From the NCBI GenBank assembly GCA_048213135.1, contig PS015009.1:434001-498000 (forward strand): a stretch of DNA of 64,000 nucleotides. The letters are read 5' to 3'. Below, piece by piece: positions 1-11,358 of the stretch. Under the pieces are notes generated by a model. The model was given only the letters and a program-made list of their open reading frames with translations, was not told the origin of the DNA and searched no databases. The stretch comes from Reclinomonas americana ATCC 50394 (Eukaryota). The position numbers were made by a program, and so were the translations under genes. The stretch's first letter is position 1. Each line of letters opens with the position of its first letter.

Positions 1-36
1 CCTTAATTTTACTGAACACATTTTATTCTTCCTGTT

Positions 37-678
37 ATGAAAAAGATACTGGTATTCGCCTTGTCAGGCCTGCTGATCGCTTCCTGTTCCTCACCGGCAA
101 AAGATTCATTTGATGAAAGCCTGGCCAGGCCCGACAGCCTGGGCAACAGCAATACAACAGCAACACCCTCTGCTCCTGTTCAACCCGTGAATGGGCTGAA
201 CAACCTGCCGCAGAACAACCAGCAGCCAGTTATCATTACCCCGCAGCAACAGGCTCAGCCTGCAGCGCCACCGGTCATATCCAGTTCACTGACAGCACCG
301 GGCACCACCACCGCTACGGCCACCACCAGCACTGCAGCCGGTATGAATCCGCCGCACGGACAACCCGGTCACCGGTGTGATATTCCCGTAGGCGCTGCGC
401 TTAATTCAAAACCCGCGGCCACTACTGCTGCTACCAAACCATCTACCACCACAATTACGCCGGTTAATGTTCCTGTAACACCAACAGCGCCGGGCATGAA
501 CCCGCCGCACGGACAACCCGGTCACAGGTGCGACATAGCCGTTGGCGCTCCGCTCAACAGCGCACCCGCAACAGCAACGCCCGTAACCGTACCTGCAACA
601 CCTGTAAGCGTGCCCGCCACAGCACCCGTGGCTGATACAGCCAAAGGCGGTGTTACCGGTTCAAGAGGCGGTAAATAA
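37..678 (+). CDS. Lipoprotein, Pro/Thr/Ala-rich, with two copies of a GMNPPHGQPGHRCDI motif
   Basis: Lipobox LIASC; the motif occurs twice, separated by low-complexity linkers. Confidence 0.8.
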   Translation: MKKILVFALSGLLIASCSSPAKDSFDESLARPDSLGNSNTTATPSAPVQPVNGLNNLPQNNQQPVIITPQQQAQPAAPPVISSSLTAPGTTTATATTSTAAGMNPPHGQPGHRCDIPVGAALNSKPAATTAATKPSTTTITPVNVPVTPTAPGMNPPHGQPGHRCDIAVGAPLNSAPATATPVTVPATPVSVPATAPVADTAKGGVTGSRGGK

Positions 679-699
679 TTATTATATCGAAGGGAACAT

Positions 700-1311
700 C
701 TATTTATTAGGTTGCCCGCTCACATATGTATTTCCCCTGATGTAGAAGCGGTAGGGTAAAGATGCGTCTTTTCCTGCTCCGTCGATGCCGATTCGTTTAC
801 TCGTACCCGTAAGTGATGCCGGCACCATGTAACCATCATCCTCTATTGTTATCATACTGCCGCTCATCAGATCGATCCCGGAATGAATTTTAGTAATACC
901 CAGTGCCTTTCCTGCATTGCCGGGCCCGCGGGTAAGGGTATGATCCGCTTTTGTTTTACCGCAGCGTTTCAGCATCAGCGGTATGCCTTCCATGGGTTCC
1001 ACGGCCCGTACCAGTACCGCGTCAGGAATACCGGGTTCGTTGGTAACGATATTGAAAAGATGGTGCATCCCATAACAAATATAAACATATGAAGTACCGG
1101 CCTTGCTGTACATAGGTTCGTTCCTGGCCGTACGGCGCCCGCCAAATGAATGCGAAGCTTTATCTGTAATCGCAACATAGGCTTCCGTTTCCACAATACG
1201 CCCCGAGGTAATGCCATCCTCAAAGCGGGTAACAATGATCTTTCCCAGCAGTTCACGGGCAATGGTGACCACATCATCACGCTCATAAAAATCGATGCTC
1301 AACTTCCTCAT
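700..1311 (-). CDS. mpg: DNA-3-methyladenine glycosylase (MPG family)
   Basis: GRIVETEAY, YVYICYGMH, AVLVRAVEP and GPG motifs. Confidence 0.92.
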   Translation of the reverse strand: MRKLSIDFYERDDVVTIARELLGKIIVTRFEDGITSGRIVETEAYVAITDKASHSFGGRRTARNEPMYSKAGTSYVYICYGMHHLFNIVTNEPGIPDAVLVRAVEPMEGIPLMLKRCGKTKADHTLTRGPGNAGKALGITKIHSGIDLMSGSMITIEDDGYMVPASLTGTSKRIGIDGAGKDASLPYRFYIRGNTYVSGQPNK

Positions 1312-1362
1312 TATATATTAACTTTAAAGGCTAAAGTAAAATATTATACCGCACAATTCCGC

Positions 1363-2121
1363 ATGCTTAAAGAGATCATCATATCCATACAGGCTTATTA
1401 CCAAACGCACCGCTTCATTATCAAGCACAGGTTATGGAAATGGATACTGGTACCCGGTCTCATTTACAGCATCCTTTTTTTTGCCGGCATCTACTTTTTT
1501 CTCAAATCCAGCAACAGCGCCATTGCCTTCATTTTACAGGAGACCGGTGTAAAAGGCTGGATGGACAGTATGCAGAACAGCTGGCTCAACTTCCTGCTTA
1601 TTTTCGGGCAGATCATCCTGCAACTGGTGTCGCTGCTGTTCTATTTCTCCCTGTTCAAATACCTGTTCCTTATCATCGGCTCACCGGTATTCGCATACCT
1701 CAGCGAAAAAACAGAAAGCATCATAGAAGGTAAGGATTTCCCTTTCAGCTTTAAACAGCTCATGAAAGATATTGCCCGGGGTGTACGACTGGCACTGAGG
1801 AACATGCTCTGGCAAACGGTTTACACGATCTCCATATTCATTCTTTCCTTCATTCCCATTGTAGGATGGGTAATGCCACTGGTGGCACTGATGGTGGAAT
1901 GTTATTACCTGGGCTTCTCCATGCTGGATTACAGCTGTGAACGCAATAAGTTGTCTACCGGGCAAAGCATCGCTTTTATTGGCCGGCACAAGGGACTTGC
2001 CATTGGCAATGGTATGGTCTTTTACCTGATGCACCTGGTGCCCGTGATCGGGTGGCTGTTTGCCCCCAGTTATGCGGTTATTGCGGCCACACTGAGTTTA
2101 TACAACAGTAAGAACGACTGA
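1363..2121 (+). CDS. EI24/CysZ-like membrane protein
   Basis: Multiple TM segments and SPVFAYLSEKTE motif; ATG at 1363 preferred because the longer ORF overlaps mpg. Confidence 0.75.
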   Translation: MLKEIIISIQAYYQTHRFIIKHRLWKWILVPGLIYSILFFAGIYFFLKSSNSAIAFILQETGVKGWMDSMQNSWLNFLLIFGQIILQLVSLLFYFSLFKYLFLIIGSPVFAYLSEKTESIIEGKDFPFSFKQLMKDIARGVRLALRNMLWQTVYTISIFILSFIPIVGWVMPLVALMVECYYLGFSMLDYSCERNKLSTGQSIAFIGRHKGLAIGNGMVFYLMHLVPVIGWLFAPSYAVIAATLSLYNSKND

Positions 2122-2122
2122 C

Positions 2123-2824
2123 ATGAGCGCTTCCATTTATCTTCTGCCCACCCTGCTCGATGAGACAGCAACACCTACCATTCCTCCGTATGTTATGGAA
2201 GCGGTAAGGCAATGCACGGTCATCTTCACGGAAAATGAACGCACCACACGCCGGTTCCTCAAACAAATGGATAAGAGTATCGTGATCGACGATTACGAAT
2301 GGTTTGCCATACACAAAGCGGAGCAGGAAGTACTGGGTGCCTTCAGGCAGAAAGTAAAAGAAGGAAAACACATCGCCATATTCAGCGAGGCGGGCTGCCC
2401 CGGAGTGGCCGACCCCGGGCAGGTGCTGGTGGCAGCCGCACAGGAAATGGATGCTGCTGTAAAACCCTTTGTAGGACCAAGTTCTATCCTGTTATCCCTG
2501 ATGGCCAGCGGTATGAACGGGCAACAATTTGAATTTGTCGGTTATCTCCCAATCGATACTACCCAGAGAATAAAAGCGATCAAAGACCTGGAATTGTCGT
2601 CCCAAAAAAATAACAGCACCAAAATATTCATCGAAACACCTTACCGCAATAACCAGTTGCTCGACATCCTCCTGAAAACCTGCAAAGGTTCAACACGTAT
2701 TTGCATAGCCGCGGATATTACCGGCGGGCAGGAGTACATCAAAACAAAAAAAGTGCAGGACTGGCTGAAAGAAAAAACCGACCTCCACAAGAGGCCGGTC
2801 ATATTTTTACTGCATGCGGATTAA
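2123..2824 (+). CDS. SAM-dependent methyltransferase, tetrapyrrole methylase/RsmI-like
   Basis: SEAGCPGVADPG, VGPSSI and FIETPYRN motifs. Confidence 0.85.
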   Translation: MSASIYLLPTLLDETATPTIPPYVMEAVRQCTVIFTENERTTRRFLKQMDKSIVIDDYEWFAIHKAEQEVLGAFRQKVKEGKHIAIFSEAGCPGVADPGQVLVAAAQEMDAAVKPFVGPSSILLSLMASGMNGQQFEFVGYLPIDTTQRIKAIKDLELSSQKNNSTKIFIETPYRNNQLLDILLKTCKGSTRICIAADITGGQEYIKTKKVQDWLKEKTDLHKRPVIFLLHAD

Positions 2825-2825
2825 A

Positions 2826-3266
2826 CTACCGCTGCACATCTTCCATACGAACAATTTTGTCTACAACATAAACGCTGTAGCCTCTCCAGGGAAGTTTGCC
2901 CCGGTATTCCTTATAATGAAGATCGAAGTATTTACCGCTGTTGTTCATCAGTACATTGGCGAGGCTGTCGCTTTCCACTGAGAACTCAAATTCATAGGAA
3001 TTAATACTGCCCGGCGTTTTGGAGCGAAATCCTGATTGGATAAGTTTGCCTTCATAGGTCTTGAAAACGTTCCCTTTCTTTACCACGTAATTCAGTTCGC
3101 CGGATTTAACGCCTTCGCCAAAAACGAAATAGAATTTCCACCAGAAAGCCACAGCACCGGTGAGGATAGCGAGAAAGATGAACCAGCGAAGGAATTTCCT
3201 GAAACCGCTTTTCTTCTTCGGTTCTTTCGGAGCATGCTGAACATCACTGAATTTTACGTCTTCCAT
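2826..3266 (-). CDS. Conserved hypothetical single-pass membrane protein
   Basis: One TM helix followed by KKGNVFKTYEG, a Bacteroidota-type small protein. Confidence 0.65.
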   Translation of the reverse strand: MEDVKFSDVQHAPKEPKKKSGFRKFLRWFIFLAILTGAVAFWWKFYFVFGEGVKSGELNYVVKKGNVFKTYEGKLIQSGFRSKTPGSINSYEFEFSVESDSLANVLMNNSGKYFDLHYKEYRGKLPWRGYSVYVVDKIVRMEDVQR

Positions 3267-3287
3267 AATTGACCAGTTAAAAAGTGA

Positions 3288-4655
3288 TCACAAACCATAT
3301 TTATCAACAAGATATATCAATGCGGCCATATTTACCGCACCCAGGTGCAGTTCTCTTTTGCTGACGGCCTCAAATACATCGGTGGCCGCGTGATGCAGGT
3401 CGAAGTACCGCTGGCTGTCGGGGCTCAGGCCGCTGAGTACCGTACCGATATCACGTAAAGGACCAATATCGCTTCCGCCGCCACCGGCTCTCAGCTCATA
3501 CACACCATAGGGATAGAACAACGGCTTCCATTGCTGTATTTTTTCGAGTTGTTCCGGTTTGGCTGTAAACCCGAAGCCCCTCGGTGTAAAACCACCGGCA
3601 TCGCTTTCCAGCGCGAAAATATGTTTCTCCTTATTCTGCTTTGCCAGTTCCAGGTATTTCTGTCCGCCCCGGCCGCCATTCTCTTCATTCATGAACATCA
3701 CCGCCCTTACGGTCCTGTCGGGTACATAACCCGATGCTTTCAGCGCCCGTAATACTTCGATGCTCTGTACGCAACCAGCGCCATCATCCTGGGCACCTTC
3801 CGCCAGGTCCCAGCTGTCGAGGTGGCCACCTACCGTGATCACTTCACCGGGGTATTTTTTTCCTCTTATCTCTCCCACTACATTGAAGGAAGGTACATCA
3901 GCCAGCATGGTACTGGTGGTGCGGATAAAAGCCTTTACCGTTTCATGTGTTGTGAGTTCAATGCTGAGGCGATCGGCGTCATTGGTGCTGATGGCTACCG
4001 CCGCTATCTTTGGAAAAGAATCATTGTATTGCGTGGCGCCGGTATGCGGGTAATCGTCGGGGTTACTGGCCAGGGAACGTACCATTACGGCAACGGCGCC
4101 GTATTTAGCCGCCTGTGCAGGGCCAATACGCCTGGCGGTACCACTCTCCCCATAACTGCGGAAGGTTTGTATATTGGTTGGGTTCATCGCGAAATTGAAG
4201 AATACGATCTTTCCTGTAACGCCCTCTTTTCCGAGCCTGTCCAGTTCGGCCATGGTCTTTACTTCCACCACTTCGGCGGTTACGCCTTTTTTACCTGTGC
4301 CTTCGCTGTTGCCCAGGGCGCAAAGGTTAAGGTTAAAACTCTGGTTTTTATCCAGGAATATTTTTCCCTGTTCTTTTTCACCGCGTACCCAATGCGGCAC
4401 CATGCAGGGCTGCAGGTATACCGTATCGGCACCGGCTTCGCGGAGCATGCGGACTGTGGCTTCCACAGCTTTTTGTGCCTGTGGCGAACCACTCAGCCTG
4501 GGGCCTACCTGTTTGCACAGGTAACGCAGGTTGTCGTAAGCCTTACCGCGGATCATGATGTCGTCCGACATTTTTTTGATCTGGAGGGAGTCTTCATTCT
4601 GCGCCATTACGCAGGCGGGAACGAGCAGGGAGAACAGCAGTTGTAACCTTTTCAT
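3288..4655 (-). CDS. M28 family metallopeptidase (carboxypeptidase Q-like), secreted
   Basis: Signal peptide; GGHLDSWD, GAQDDGAG, NEENG, ESD and HH zinc-ligand motifs. Confidence 0.88.
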   Translation of the reverse strand: MKRLQLLFSLLVPACVMAQNEDSLQIKKMSDDIMIRGKAYDNLRYLCKQVGPRLSGSPQAQKAVEATVRMLREAGADTVYLQPCMVPHWVRGEKEQGKIFLDKNQSFNLNLCALGNSEGTGKKGVTAEVVEVKTMAELDRLGKEGVTGKIVFFNFAMNPTNIQTFRSYGESGTARRIGPAQAAKYGAVAVMVRSLASNPDDYPHTGATQYNDSFPKIAAVAISTNDADRLSIELTTHETVKAFIRTTSTMLADVPSFNVVGEIRGKKYPGEVITVGGHLDSWDLAEGAQDDGAGCVQSIEVLRALKASGYVPDRTVRAVMFMNEENGGRGGQKYLELAKQNKEKHIFALESDAGGFTPRGFGFTAKPEQLEKIQQWKPLFYPYGVYELRAGGGGSDIGPLRDIGTVLSGLSPDSQRYFDLHHAATDVFEAVSKRELHLGAVNMAALIYLVDKYGL

Positions 4656-4776
4656 TGGCGTTTCAAATTGGTATACGAAAGTACTGATTTGTTAATACAT
4701 CAGCGGCCCTGCGATTGCGCAATAAATCGGTAACTTGCATTCCCCGGTTGCAACCGGTAACTTTAAACCGCCTTTT

Positions 4777-5895
4777 ATGAACATAGCAATTGTATGCTAT
4801 CCCACTTTTGGTGGCAGTGGCGTACTCGCAACAGAACTGGGCAAGGCCCTTGCCGAAAAAGGACATAATATCCATTTCATCACTTACCAGCAGCCCGTAA
4901 GGCTGAGTGGTTTTCATGCGAATATTTTTTATCACGAAGTAAGGGTGCCTACCTACCCGTTGTTTGATTACCCGCCTTATGAAACGGCCCTGGCCAGTAC
5001 CATGGTGGATGTGGTACTTAACAACAACGTAGAGCTGCTGCATGTGCACTATGCCATACCACACGCTTCGGCGGCTTATATGGCCAAACAGATACTGGCG
5101 AAGGAAGGCAGGCGCATACCGGTGATCACTACCCTGCATGGCACGGATATTACACTGGTGGGCCGCGACAAGACCTACAGCCCGGTGGTGACTTTTTCAA
5201 TGAATGAAAGCGATATGCTTACCGCGGTATCGCATAACCTGAAAGAAGAAACTTACCGCAATTTTGTTATTGAAAAAGAGATACAGGTGATCCACAACTT
5301 TGTGGATGTAAGCCGCTTCAACCGCAAACCGGTGGATGCGTTCAAAAAACTGATCGCTCCTAAAGGAGAACGCATCATTGTGCATGCTTCCAATTTCAGA
5401 AAAGTAAAACGCGTGGATGATGTGATCAACACCTTCCTTTTGCTGAACAAAGAATTGCCCGCCAAGTTGCTGCTATTAGGCGATGGCCCGGAAAGGCCTT
5501 ATGCCGAAAGCATTTGCAGGGATTGTATATCAGTAGAGAACATCAAGTTCCTGGGCAAGCAGGAACAAATGGAAGATATATTGCCGATAGCGGATCTTTT
5601 CCTGCTCACGAGTGAATATGAAAGCTTTGGATTGGCAGCGCTGGAAGCTATGGCGGCGGCGGTACCGGTGATCTCTACCAATGCCGGTGGTTTGCCGGAG
5701 ATCAATATTGACGGGGTAAGCGGCTACATGAGCAATGTGGGTGATGTGGAAGATATGAGCCGCAAAGCTTTATCCATACTGCAGGACGATGATACACTTG
5801 CCCGTTTCAAAGCCGGTGCCCTGAAACAGGCCAGGCAATTCGACATCGCGAATATTGTTCCGCAATACGAAGATCTGTACAAAAAAGTGATCTGA
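4777..5895 (+). CDS. bshA: N-acetyl-alpha-D-glucosaminyl L-malate synthase (GT4)
   Basis: CYPTFGGSG, HVHYAIPHA, TTLHGTD and ESFGLAALEAM motifs. Confidence 0.92.
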   Translation: MNIAIVCYPTFGGSGVLATELGKALAEKGHNIHFITYQQPVRLSGFHANIFYHEVRVPTYPLFDYPPYETALASTMVDVVLNNNVELLHVHYAIPHASAAYMAKQILAKEGRRIPVITTLHGTDITLVGRDKTYSPVVTFSMNESDMLTAVSHNLKEETYRNFVIEKEIQVIHNFVDVSRFNRKPVDAFKKLIAPKGERIIVHASNFRKVKRVDDVINTFLLLNKELPAKLLLLGDGPERPYAESICRDCISVENIKFLGKQEQMEDILPIADLFLLTSEYESFGLAALEAMAAAVPVISTNAGGLPEINIDGVSGYMSNVGDVEDMSRKALSILQDDDTLARFKAGALKQARQFDIANIVPQYEDLYKKVI

Positions 5896-5898
5896 AAT

Positions 5899-7212
5899 TT
5901 ACCTGCGGCGTAACCAGCGTTCGGGGTCCTGGTTGCCTTTTTCATCGCTGATATAGAAGTCGACAGCGCCTACACCTTCCAGGTTGGGCAGAGCTTTACC
6001 GAGTACCTGTCCCATTTTGATCTCCTGTCCGCGTTGCACCGAAACATTCGACAGGTTGCTGTACGTACTGAAGTATTTACCATGCTGAATGATAACCACC
6101 TGCATTTCCTCCACGTATACGATGCTGGATACGATGCCATCGAAAACGGATTTCACCTGCGAGCCGATGTCCGTTACCACGCTGATACCGCTGAATACGA
6201 TCGTAGAGCCGCTTTCCACCTGGTTGGGCCCGTAATGCATCAGTACATAACCTTTATCCACCGGCCAGGGCAGTGATCCCCTGTTGCTGGTGAAATTGGC
6301 ATTGAGCGCCCTGTTCTCCGCATTCAGCAGCACACTCTCCTGCGTTTTAGCTGGCTCTTTCTTAACTGGGGTATTCACCGGTTTGGTAACCGGGTTCGAT
6401 ACGGTTGGATTGGTCCTCGTATTTTTTTCCGCTGCCAGCCTGCGTTCTTCATCAGCCGCTTTCTTAGCTGCCAGTTTGCGGGCCTCATCCATCGCTTTTT
6501 TAATAGCTGCCGCGATGGCGTTATCTACTTTGGCGAGTTGTTTCTTTTTGGCCGCGATCTGCGTGGTCAGTTCTTTTCCCTGTTTTTTCAGCCCTGCCAT
6601 GATCCTGTCCTTTTCCTTTTTCTGATCTTCCAGTACTTCCATTTCCTTATCCTTGGTCTGCAGCACTACATTCTTTTTCTGGCGGGTACCGGCCAGTTCG
6701 TCAATACGCTGGCGGCGGAGGTCCTGTGTACGCAAAATATTCTCTCCCTGCATCTCGCGATAGCTGCGGTAACTTTTCAGGTAAGCAATACGCCTGATGG
6801 CATCGTTGAAGCTGGCCGCGGAGAAAATAAAATTCATGAAATCGTAGTTACTCCTGTTCTTATAGGCGTACACCATACTTTTAGCATACTCCTGTTTCAG
6901 TGTGTCGAGCAAACGGTTATAGCGGTTGATATCGCGTTGCGTAGTTACCATGCTGTTGTCGAGCAGGTTGATATCGCGGTTGATGTTATCGATGATCTTA
7001 TCCTGGATATTCACCTTATCATTGATCAGCCTCCACTGCACCAGGTTCTCCTTGGTCTTGGTCTTATTCTCATTCAGCAGTTTCTCTGTCTGTTCCAGTT
7101 CCTTTTTATACTGGGCACGCTGGCGTTCCAGCTCTTCGCGGGTTTGAGCTTGTGCGCTGATGCCGGATACCACCAGTAAAAGACAGGTAATTGCTGATAC
7201 GATCTTAACCAT
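5899..7212 (-). CDS. Murein hydrolase activator, EnvC-like (coiled coil + degenerate M23 domain)
   Basis: Signal peptide, long coiled coil, LPWPV...IIQHG.YFSTYSNL. Confidence 0.85.
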   Translation of the reverse strand: MVKIVSAITCLLLVVSGISAQAQTREELERQRAQYKKELEQTEKLLNENKTKTKENLVQWRLINDKVNIQDKIIDNINRDINLLDNSMVTTQRDINRYNRLLDTLKQEYAKSMVYAYKNRSNYDFMNFIFSAASFNDAIRRIAYLKSYRSYREMQGENILRTQDLRRQRIDELAGTRQKKNVVLQTKDKEMEVLEDQKKEKDRIMAGLKKQGKELTTQIAAKKKQLAKVDNAIAAAIKKAMDEARKLAAKKAADEERRLAAEKNTRTNPTVSNPVTKPVNTPVKKEPAKTQESVLLNAENRALNANFTSNRGSLPWPVDKGYVLMHYGPNQVESGSTIVFSGISVVTDIGSQVKSVFDGIVSSIVYVEEMQVVIIQHGKYFSTYSNLSNVSVQRGQEIKMGQVLGKALPNLEGVGAVDFYISDEKGNQDPERWLRRR

Positions 7213-7304
7213 GGGCGATGTTTACAGTTTGTCCAAAAATACAATTCAAAAGGGTAAAATGAACAGATGCAGAAACCCACAGCTGTGCATAACATCCTTA
7301 ACGC

Positions 7305-8138
7305 CTATTTGCGCTTATAATTTTTGGGGACGTTGAAGGAAACAGATAAATCTTTGTTAAACTCATACTGCTTAAAATTCAGCTGTATGTCGAGTTTATT
7401 TTTTTCGGAGATGGTGATCTCCCGGTATGTAGAAAAATTTACCCCTGTCTTATTTTCATACCCGCTGTAGGTGATGTCGGCTGTACGGTTACGGGCCACA
7501 TCTATATCGTCGAGTTTGCTGTGCTGCAAAAGAAAATCGTTGGCGGAAAGGGTAAGCAGGTGTTTGAAAAATTTGCCCGTGTTGAGCAGCCATACCTGGT
7601 CCCCGGTTTGTTTATAGGAAATGATCTGCGTGCTGTCCATAAAAACAGGATTACCAACAATGAGGTCCTGTACGGTCTTGAAGTCGAAAGGGATCTCTGT
7701 TACTTCCTGCAGGTAATCGAGTGAGCGGTACTGCACTTCTTTATCCTGTTTATTCAGCAATACCACGCTGTCTTTGGTGATCAGTACACGGTATACTTCA
7801 ATATTGAGGAAGGTGGCGCTGAGCGATATCCATATGGCACTGTCTTTTACAATACGTACAATGGCGGTGATATCGGGTTGCTTCCCTTTATTGTCCTGGT
7901 ACTCTACTTTTATTTTAGCGTTGAATGTTTTAAAGTCGATATGATTGCGGTTCAGGTTGTCAACCGTTTTTTTCAATTTTACGATCGAATCAATATCCGT
8001 AGGCGTATGCGCCACCACAACGATGGCTGTACTGTCCTTTGGTGCAATCACCTTATTGATCTGCCGGGTGGTTTTGCAGGCCGGAAATATCACCAGCGAT
8101 AACAGGGCCATACAGGCTATATGCAGAATTGGCTTCAT
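7305..8138 (-). CDS. DUF4292-like lipoprotein
   Basis: Lipobox FPAC; typical position between dut and the envC-like gene. Confidence 0.7.
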   Translation of the reverse strand: MKPILHIACMALLSLVIFPACKTTRQINKVIAPKDSTAIVVVAHTPTDIDSIVKLKKTVDNLNRNHIDFKTFNAKIKVEYQDNKGKQPDITAIVRIVKDSAIWISLSATFLNIEVYRVLITKDSVVLLNKQDKEVQYRSLDYLQEVTEIPFDFKTVQDLIVGNPVFMDSTQIISYKQTGDQVWLLNTGKFFKHLLTLSANDFLLQHSKLDDIDVARNRTADITYSGYENKTGVNFSTYREITISEKNKLDIQLNFKQYEFNKDLSVSFNVPKNYKRK

Positions 8139-8149
8139 GTTTTTTGTTT

Positions 8150-8593
8150 TTATTTGACACCGGTATGTCCGAATCCGCCGGCGCCCCTGTCAGACAGGTT
8201 CAATTCCTGTACCACGATCAGTTCGGCCTGCTCTGCCTTTGCGATGACCATCTGGGCAATACGGTCGCCGTGAGCAATTTCCTGCGCTGTATCGCTGAGG
8301 TTGATCAGGATCACTTTGATCTCGCCCCTGTAATCACTGTCGATGGTACCGGGTGTATTCAGGCAGGTAATACCCTGTTTGATGGCCAGCCCGCTCCTGG
8401 GCCTTACCTGGGCTTCATAGCCCCGCGGAAGCTCTATAAAGAGGCCTGTGGGTACCAGTGAGCGCTGCAATGGCTGCAACACAAGCGGAGCTTCAAGGCT
8501 GGCCCTGAGGTCCATACCTGCGGAGCCTGCTGTGGCATAGCCGGGTAATGGGTTGGAAGACTGGTTGATGATACTTACCTGAACTGTTTGCAT
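8150..8593 (-). CDS. dut: dUTP diphosphatase
   Basis: [22 protein letters not shown] and [10 protein letters not shown] motifs. Confidence 0.95.
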   Translation of the reverse strand: MQTVQVSIINQSSNPLPGYATAGSAGMDLRASLEAPLVLQPLQRSLVPTGLFIELPRGYEAQVRPRSGLAIKQGITCLNTPGTIDSDYRGEIKVILINLSDTAQEIAHGDRIAQMVIAKAEQAELIVVQELNLSDRGAGGFGHTGVK

Positions 8594-8649
8594 GGGCGCA
8601 AAGTTAGCACTGTAAAAAGGAAATACCACCGTGGCGGACATTTTTATGA

Positions 8650-10755
8650 TCAGCGGAGCAGCATTACCGTGCCCTGCAGGAAATCCTTGCGGCCACGGAG
8701 GCTGGTGTAGGAAAGCATGTAGATATAGGCGCCATTGGGCACAGCCTTGCCTTTATAAGTGCCGTCCCATTTATCGGAAACATTAGCGGTCTCAAACACG
8801 GCCTGTCCCCATTTATTGAAAATACGGAAAGAGAAGCTTCGTACCGATAAGCCGCTGGCCACGCCGAATTTATCATTAAGCCCGTCGTTATTGGGCGTGA
8901 AAGCAGAGGGCAGAAAAAGTTCACAATCACCCCAGATCACCGCTACACTGTCTTTACCGGCGCAACCGCCATCGGTAACGGTAACCTTGTATTCCCCGGC
9001 CGTACCCACAGGAATATACCTGGATGTGGCGCCGGTATTCCAGAGATACTGAATGGATGGTCCGCCGGGTACACCCGCGTCAAGCACAACCACTTTGCCC
9101 AGGCAGATAGAGGTATCGGGTCCCAGGTTCACCACCGGTCTTGGTTTTTCCAGTACTTTAAAAGTATCAGAAACAGAACATCCTTCATAGGACAGTTTTA
9201 TCCAGTATTTGCCTATAGCCGATACCGTTATGCTGTCGTCTGTAGTACCATCGCTCCACAGGTAAGTGGCGCCGGTCATGGGGCTTATGCCTACACGCAG
9301 GCTGATGTTATCGCAGGTGGAGGTATCGCCTCTTAATAATTTACTGTTCGCGGCGATCCATACTTTTTTCCGGATGGTATCATTGGCATTGTTGCCGGCG
9401 CAGTCTTTTTTAAATACGATCAGTCTTACATCGTAATGTCCGGGAGCGGCATAATGGTGCAGGGGCGACAGTTGCGTGGATTCCAGCAGATCGCCGAAGT
9501 TCCACCGTACGGAATCAAGTCCGTCGTTGCGGCTGATATGGAATTGTACATCAGGATCGGTACAGTCGCTTTCCGTACGGGAAAAGCTGTGGGGTGCATA
9601 ATTTACATCCAGGCTGCTCTGGATAAATGTGGGCAACCCAAACTGCACCACTTCCGATTCAGGAGGATAAGGAAATTTGATCTTATCGGGCAAAAAATTA
9701 CATGCGGCGCCTGCTCCATTGGGATTATCGATCACCGACAATGCGTTCGCTTTCCATGCAGCCATATATATTTTTCCATCAGGGCCCAATTGTAATGCGC
9801 CTCCATAATAAGGAGCCGGCTTAGCGATCACCTGTCTTGATGCGGTAATAGCTGCAACAGTATTCACCGATATGTCAAACTGGTACAGTACCGCCGGCTC
9901 TGCACCTGAATTGTTAGCGGAAATGTAGAGGTATTTATTATTCGGTGAAAATTCAGCCCCATAAGCACCTATGAATGTAGGCGCATGCGGTGTTGTATTG
10001 GCTGAAAAGACAACAGGGTTGGTGATTACGCCTGTAGATTTGTTAAAGTCCATCAGTTCCACCAGGTCGTTATCAAATGAATGTACGGCTACCAGTTTAG
10101 CGCCATCGGTAGTGGTTTTCAATGTGCCGATCATATTATTCTGAAAGCCGGATATCACCAGTCCTGTGTGACTTATAACCGGACCTGTAAGGCCGGCGGG
10201 AGAAAGCATGTAAGCATGGTATTCGTCTGTATTCCATTTACGAACGATTATCCAGGTGTTCCTGCTGTCGCACTGGCTTACCGCGGCGATCTTTTCAAAT
10301 ACATCGTTTTCCAGGATCACATTTTTCGTAACCACATCTCCCATGCCACCATTCTTTGTCATGTCGATGACATTATAGGCGAAGCTTTGATCTTCCTGCA
10401 AAGCGCCGCCGGTGGTGAAGAGATAGTAAAGATCTGCATTGGTGGGTGATGGTACGATCACGCAGTTGTTGGTGCTGCTGAGATCCCCCAGGAGGCCTAC
10501 TCCATTGGGCATCGTTGCGCCGGTCCGGTCAAGTACACGGTTACCGTCGGAATAGAAAAGTAATTTGCCGCCTTTATCGCAGATGGAGGCGCTGCCTTCG
10601 AACGGAGAGATGCCGCTGCCTGTAAGGGCTTTTGGTGGGGTGCTGTTAAAGTCAAGCCCAAGGCCCTTTCCAAAGAACCATATGCTGTTGCGTCCCTGGC
10701 CTGCGGCTGTGGCGGTAAGCAGCACAAAAAAATATAGTGCAGTTAATTTCCTCAA
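8650..10755 (-). CDS. Secreted beta-propeller/PKD protein with gliding-motility-associated (type B T9SS) C-terminal domain
   Basis: Signal peptide; PKD-like WNFGD; C-terminal [13 protein letters not shown]...IFNKWG...WDG...G.Y.Y. Confidence 0.82.
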   Translation of the reverse strand: MRKLTALYFFVLLTATAAGQGRNSIWFFGKGLGLDFNSTPPKALTGSGISPFEGSASICDKGGKLLFYSDGNRVLDRTGATMPNGVGLLGDLSSTNNCVIVPSPTNADLYYLFTTGGALQEDQSFAYNVIDMTKNGGMGDVVTKNVILENDVFEKIAAVSQCDSRNTWIIVRKWNTDEYHAYMLSPAGLTGPVISHTGLVISGFQNNMIGTLKTTTDGAKLVAVHSFDNDLVELMDFNKSTGVITNPVVFSANTTPHAPTFIGAYGAEFSPNNKYLYISANNSGAEPAVLYQFDISVNTVAAITASRQVIAKPAPYYGGALQLGPDGKIYMAAWKANALSVIDNPNGAGAACNFLPDKIKFPYPPESEVVQFGLPTFIQSSLDVNYAPHSFSRTESDCTDPDVQFHISRNDGLDSVRWNFGDLLESTQLSPLHHYAAPGHYDVRLIVFKKDCAGNNANDTIRKKVWIAANSKLLRGDTSTCDNISLRVGISPMTGATYLWSDGTTDDSITVSAIGKYWIKLSYEGCSVSDTFKVLEKPRPVVNLGPDTSICLGKVVVLDAGVPGGPSIQYLWNTGATSRYIPVGTAGEYKVTVTDGGCAGKDSVAVIWGDCELFLPSAFTPNNDGLNDKFGVASGLSVRSFSFRIFNKWGQAVFETANVSDKWDGTYKGKAVPNGAYIYMLSYTSLRGRKDFLQGTVMLLR

Positions 10756-10766
10756 GGTTGTTTTTA

Positions 10767-11249
10767 TTAAGATGCTTTTTCCAGTAAAACCGTTGCATAG
10801 GCTACAAGTCCTTCTTCCCTGCCTACAAAACCCATATGCTCGGTGGTGGTAGCTTTAATGGAAACGTCTTCTGTTGTCAATTCCGTAATACCGGCGATGG
10901 TACTTTGCATATCAGCCACGTAGGGTTTTATTTTGGGTGCCTGTAGACATAAGGAGCTGTCGATATTAACGACGCGGTAGCCTTTAGCCCTGATGAGTTC
11001 ATAAGTTTTCCGGAGGAGGATTTTACTGTCGATATTCTTAAGGGATGGATCGGTATCGGGGAAATGAACGCCTATATCGCCAAGGGCAAGGGCGCCCAGC
11101 AGGGCGTCGCAGATCGCATGAAGCAGTACGTCTGCATCGCTGTGGCCCAGGGCGCCTTTAGTATGCGGGATCTTCACGCCTCCAATCCAAAGTTCCCTTC
11201 CTTCCACGAGTTGATGAAAATCGATTCCCGAACCTATGCGATAAGCCAT
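10767..11249 (-). CDS. ispF: 2-C-methyl-D-erythritol 2,4-cyclodiphosphate synthase
   Basis: RIGSGIDFH, GHSDADVLLHAICDALLGA and KATTTE motifs. Confidence 0.95.
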   Translation of the reverse strand: MAYRIGSGIDFHQLVEGRELWIGGVKIPHTKGALGHSDADVLLHAICDALLGALALGDIGVHFPDTDPSLKNIDSKILLRKTYELIRAKGYRVVNIDSSLCLQAPKIKPYVADMQSTIAGITELTTEDVSIKATTTEHMGFVGREEGLVAYATVLLEKAS

Positions 11250-11358
11250 ACTGCTGATGTATTTATCCCGTAAATATCAGCATTTTAGATGGAATAAAAA
11301 TAAAAAAGCGCCCCGGGGATCAACCGGGACGCCTTTTACATGAAAATTTATACTTGAA

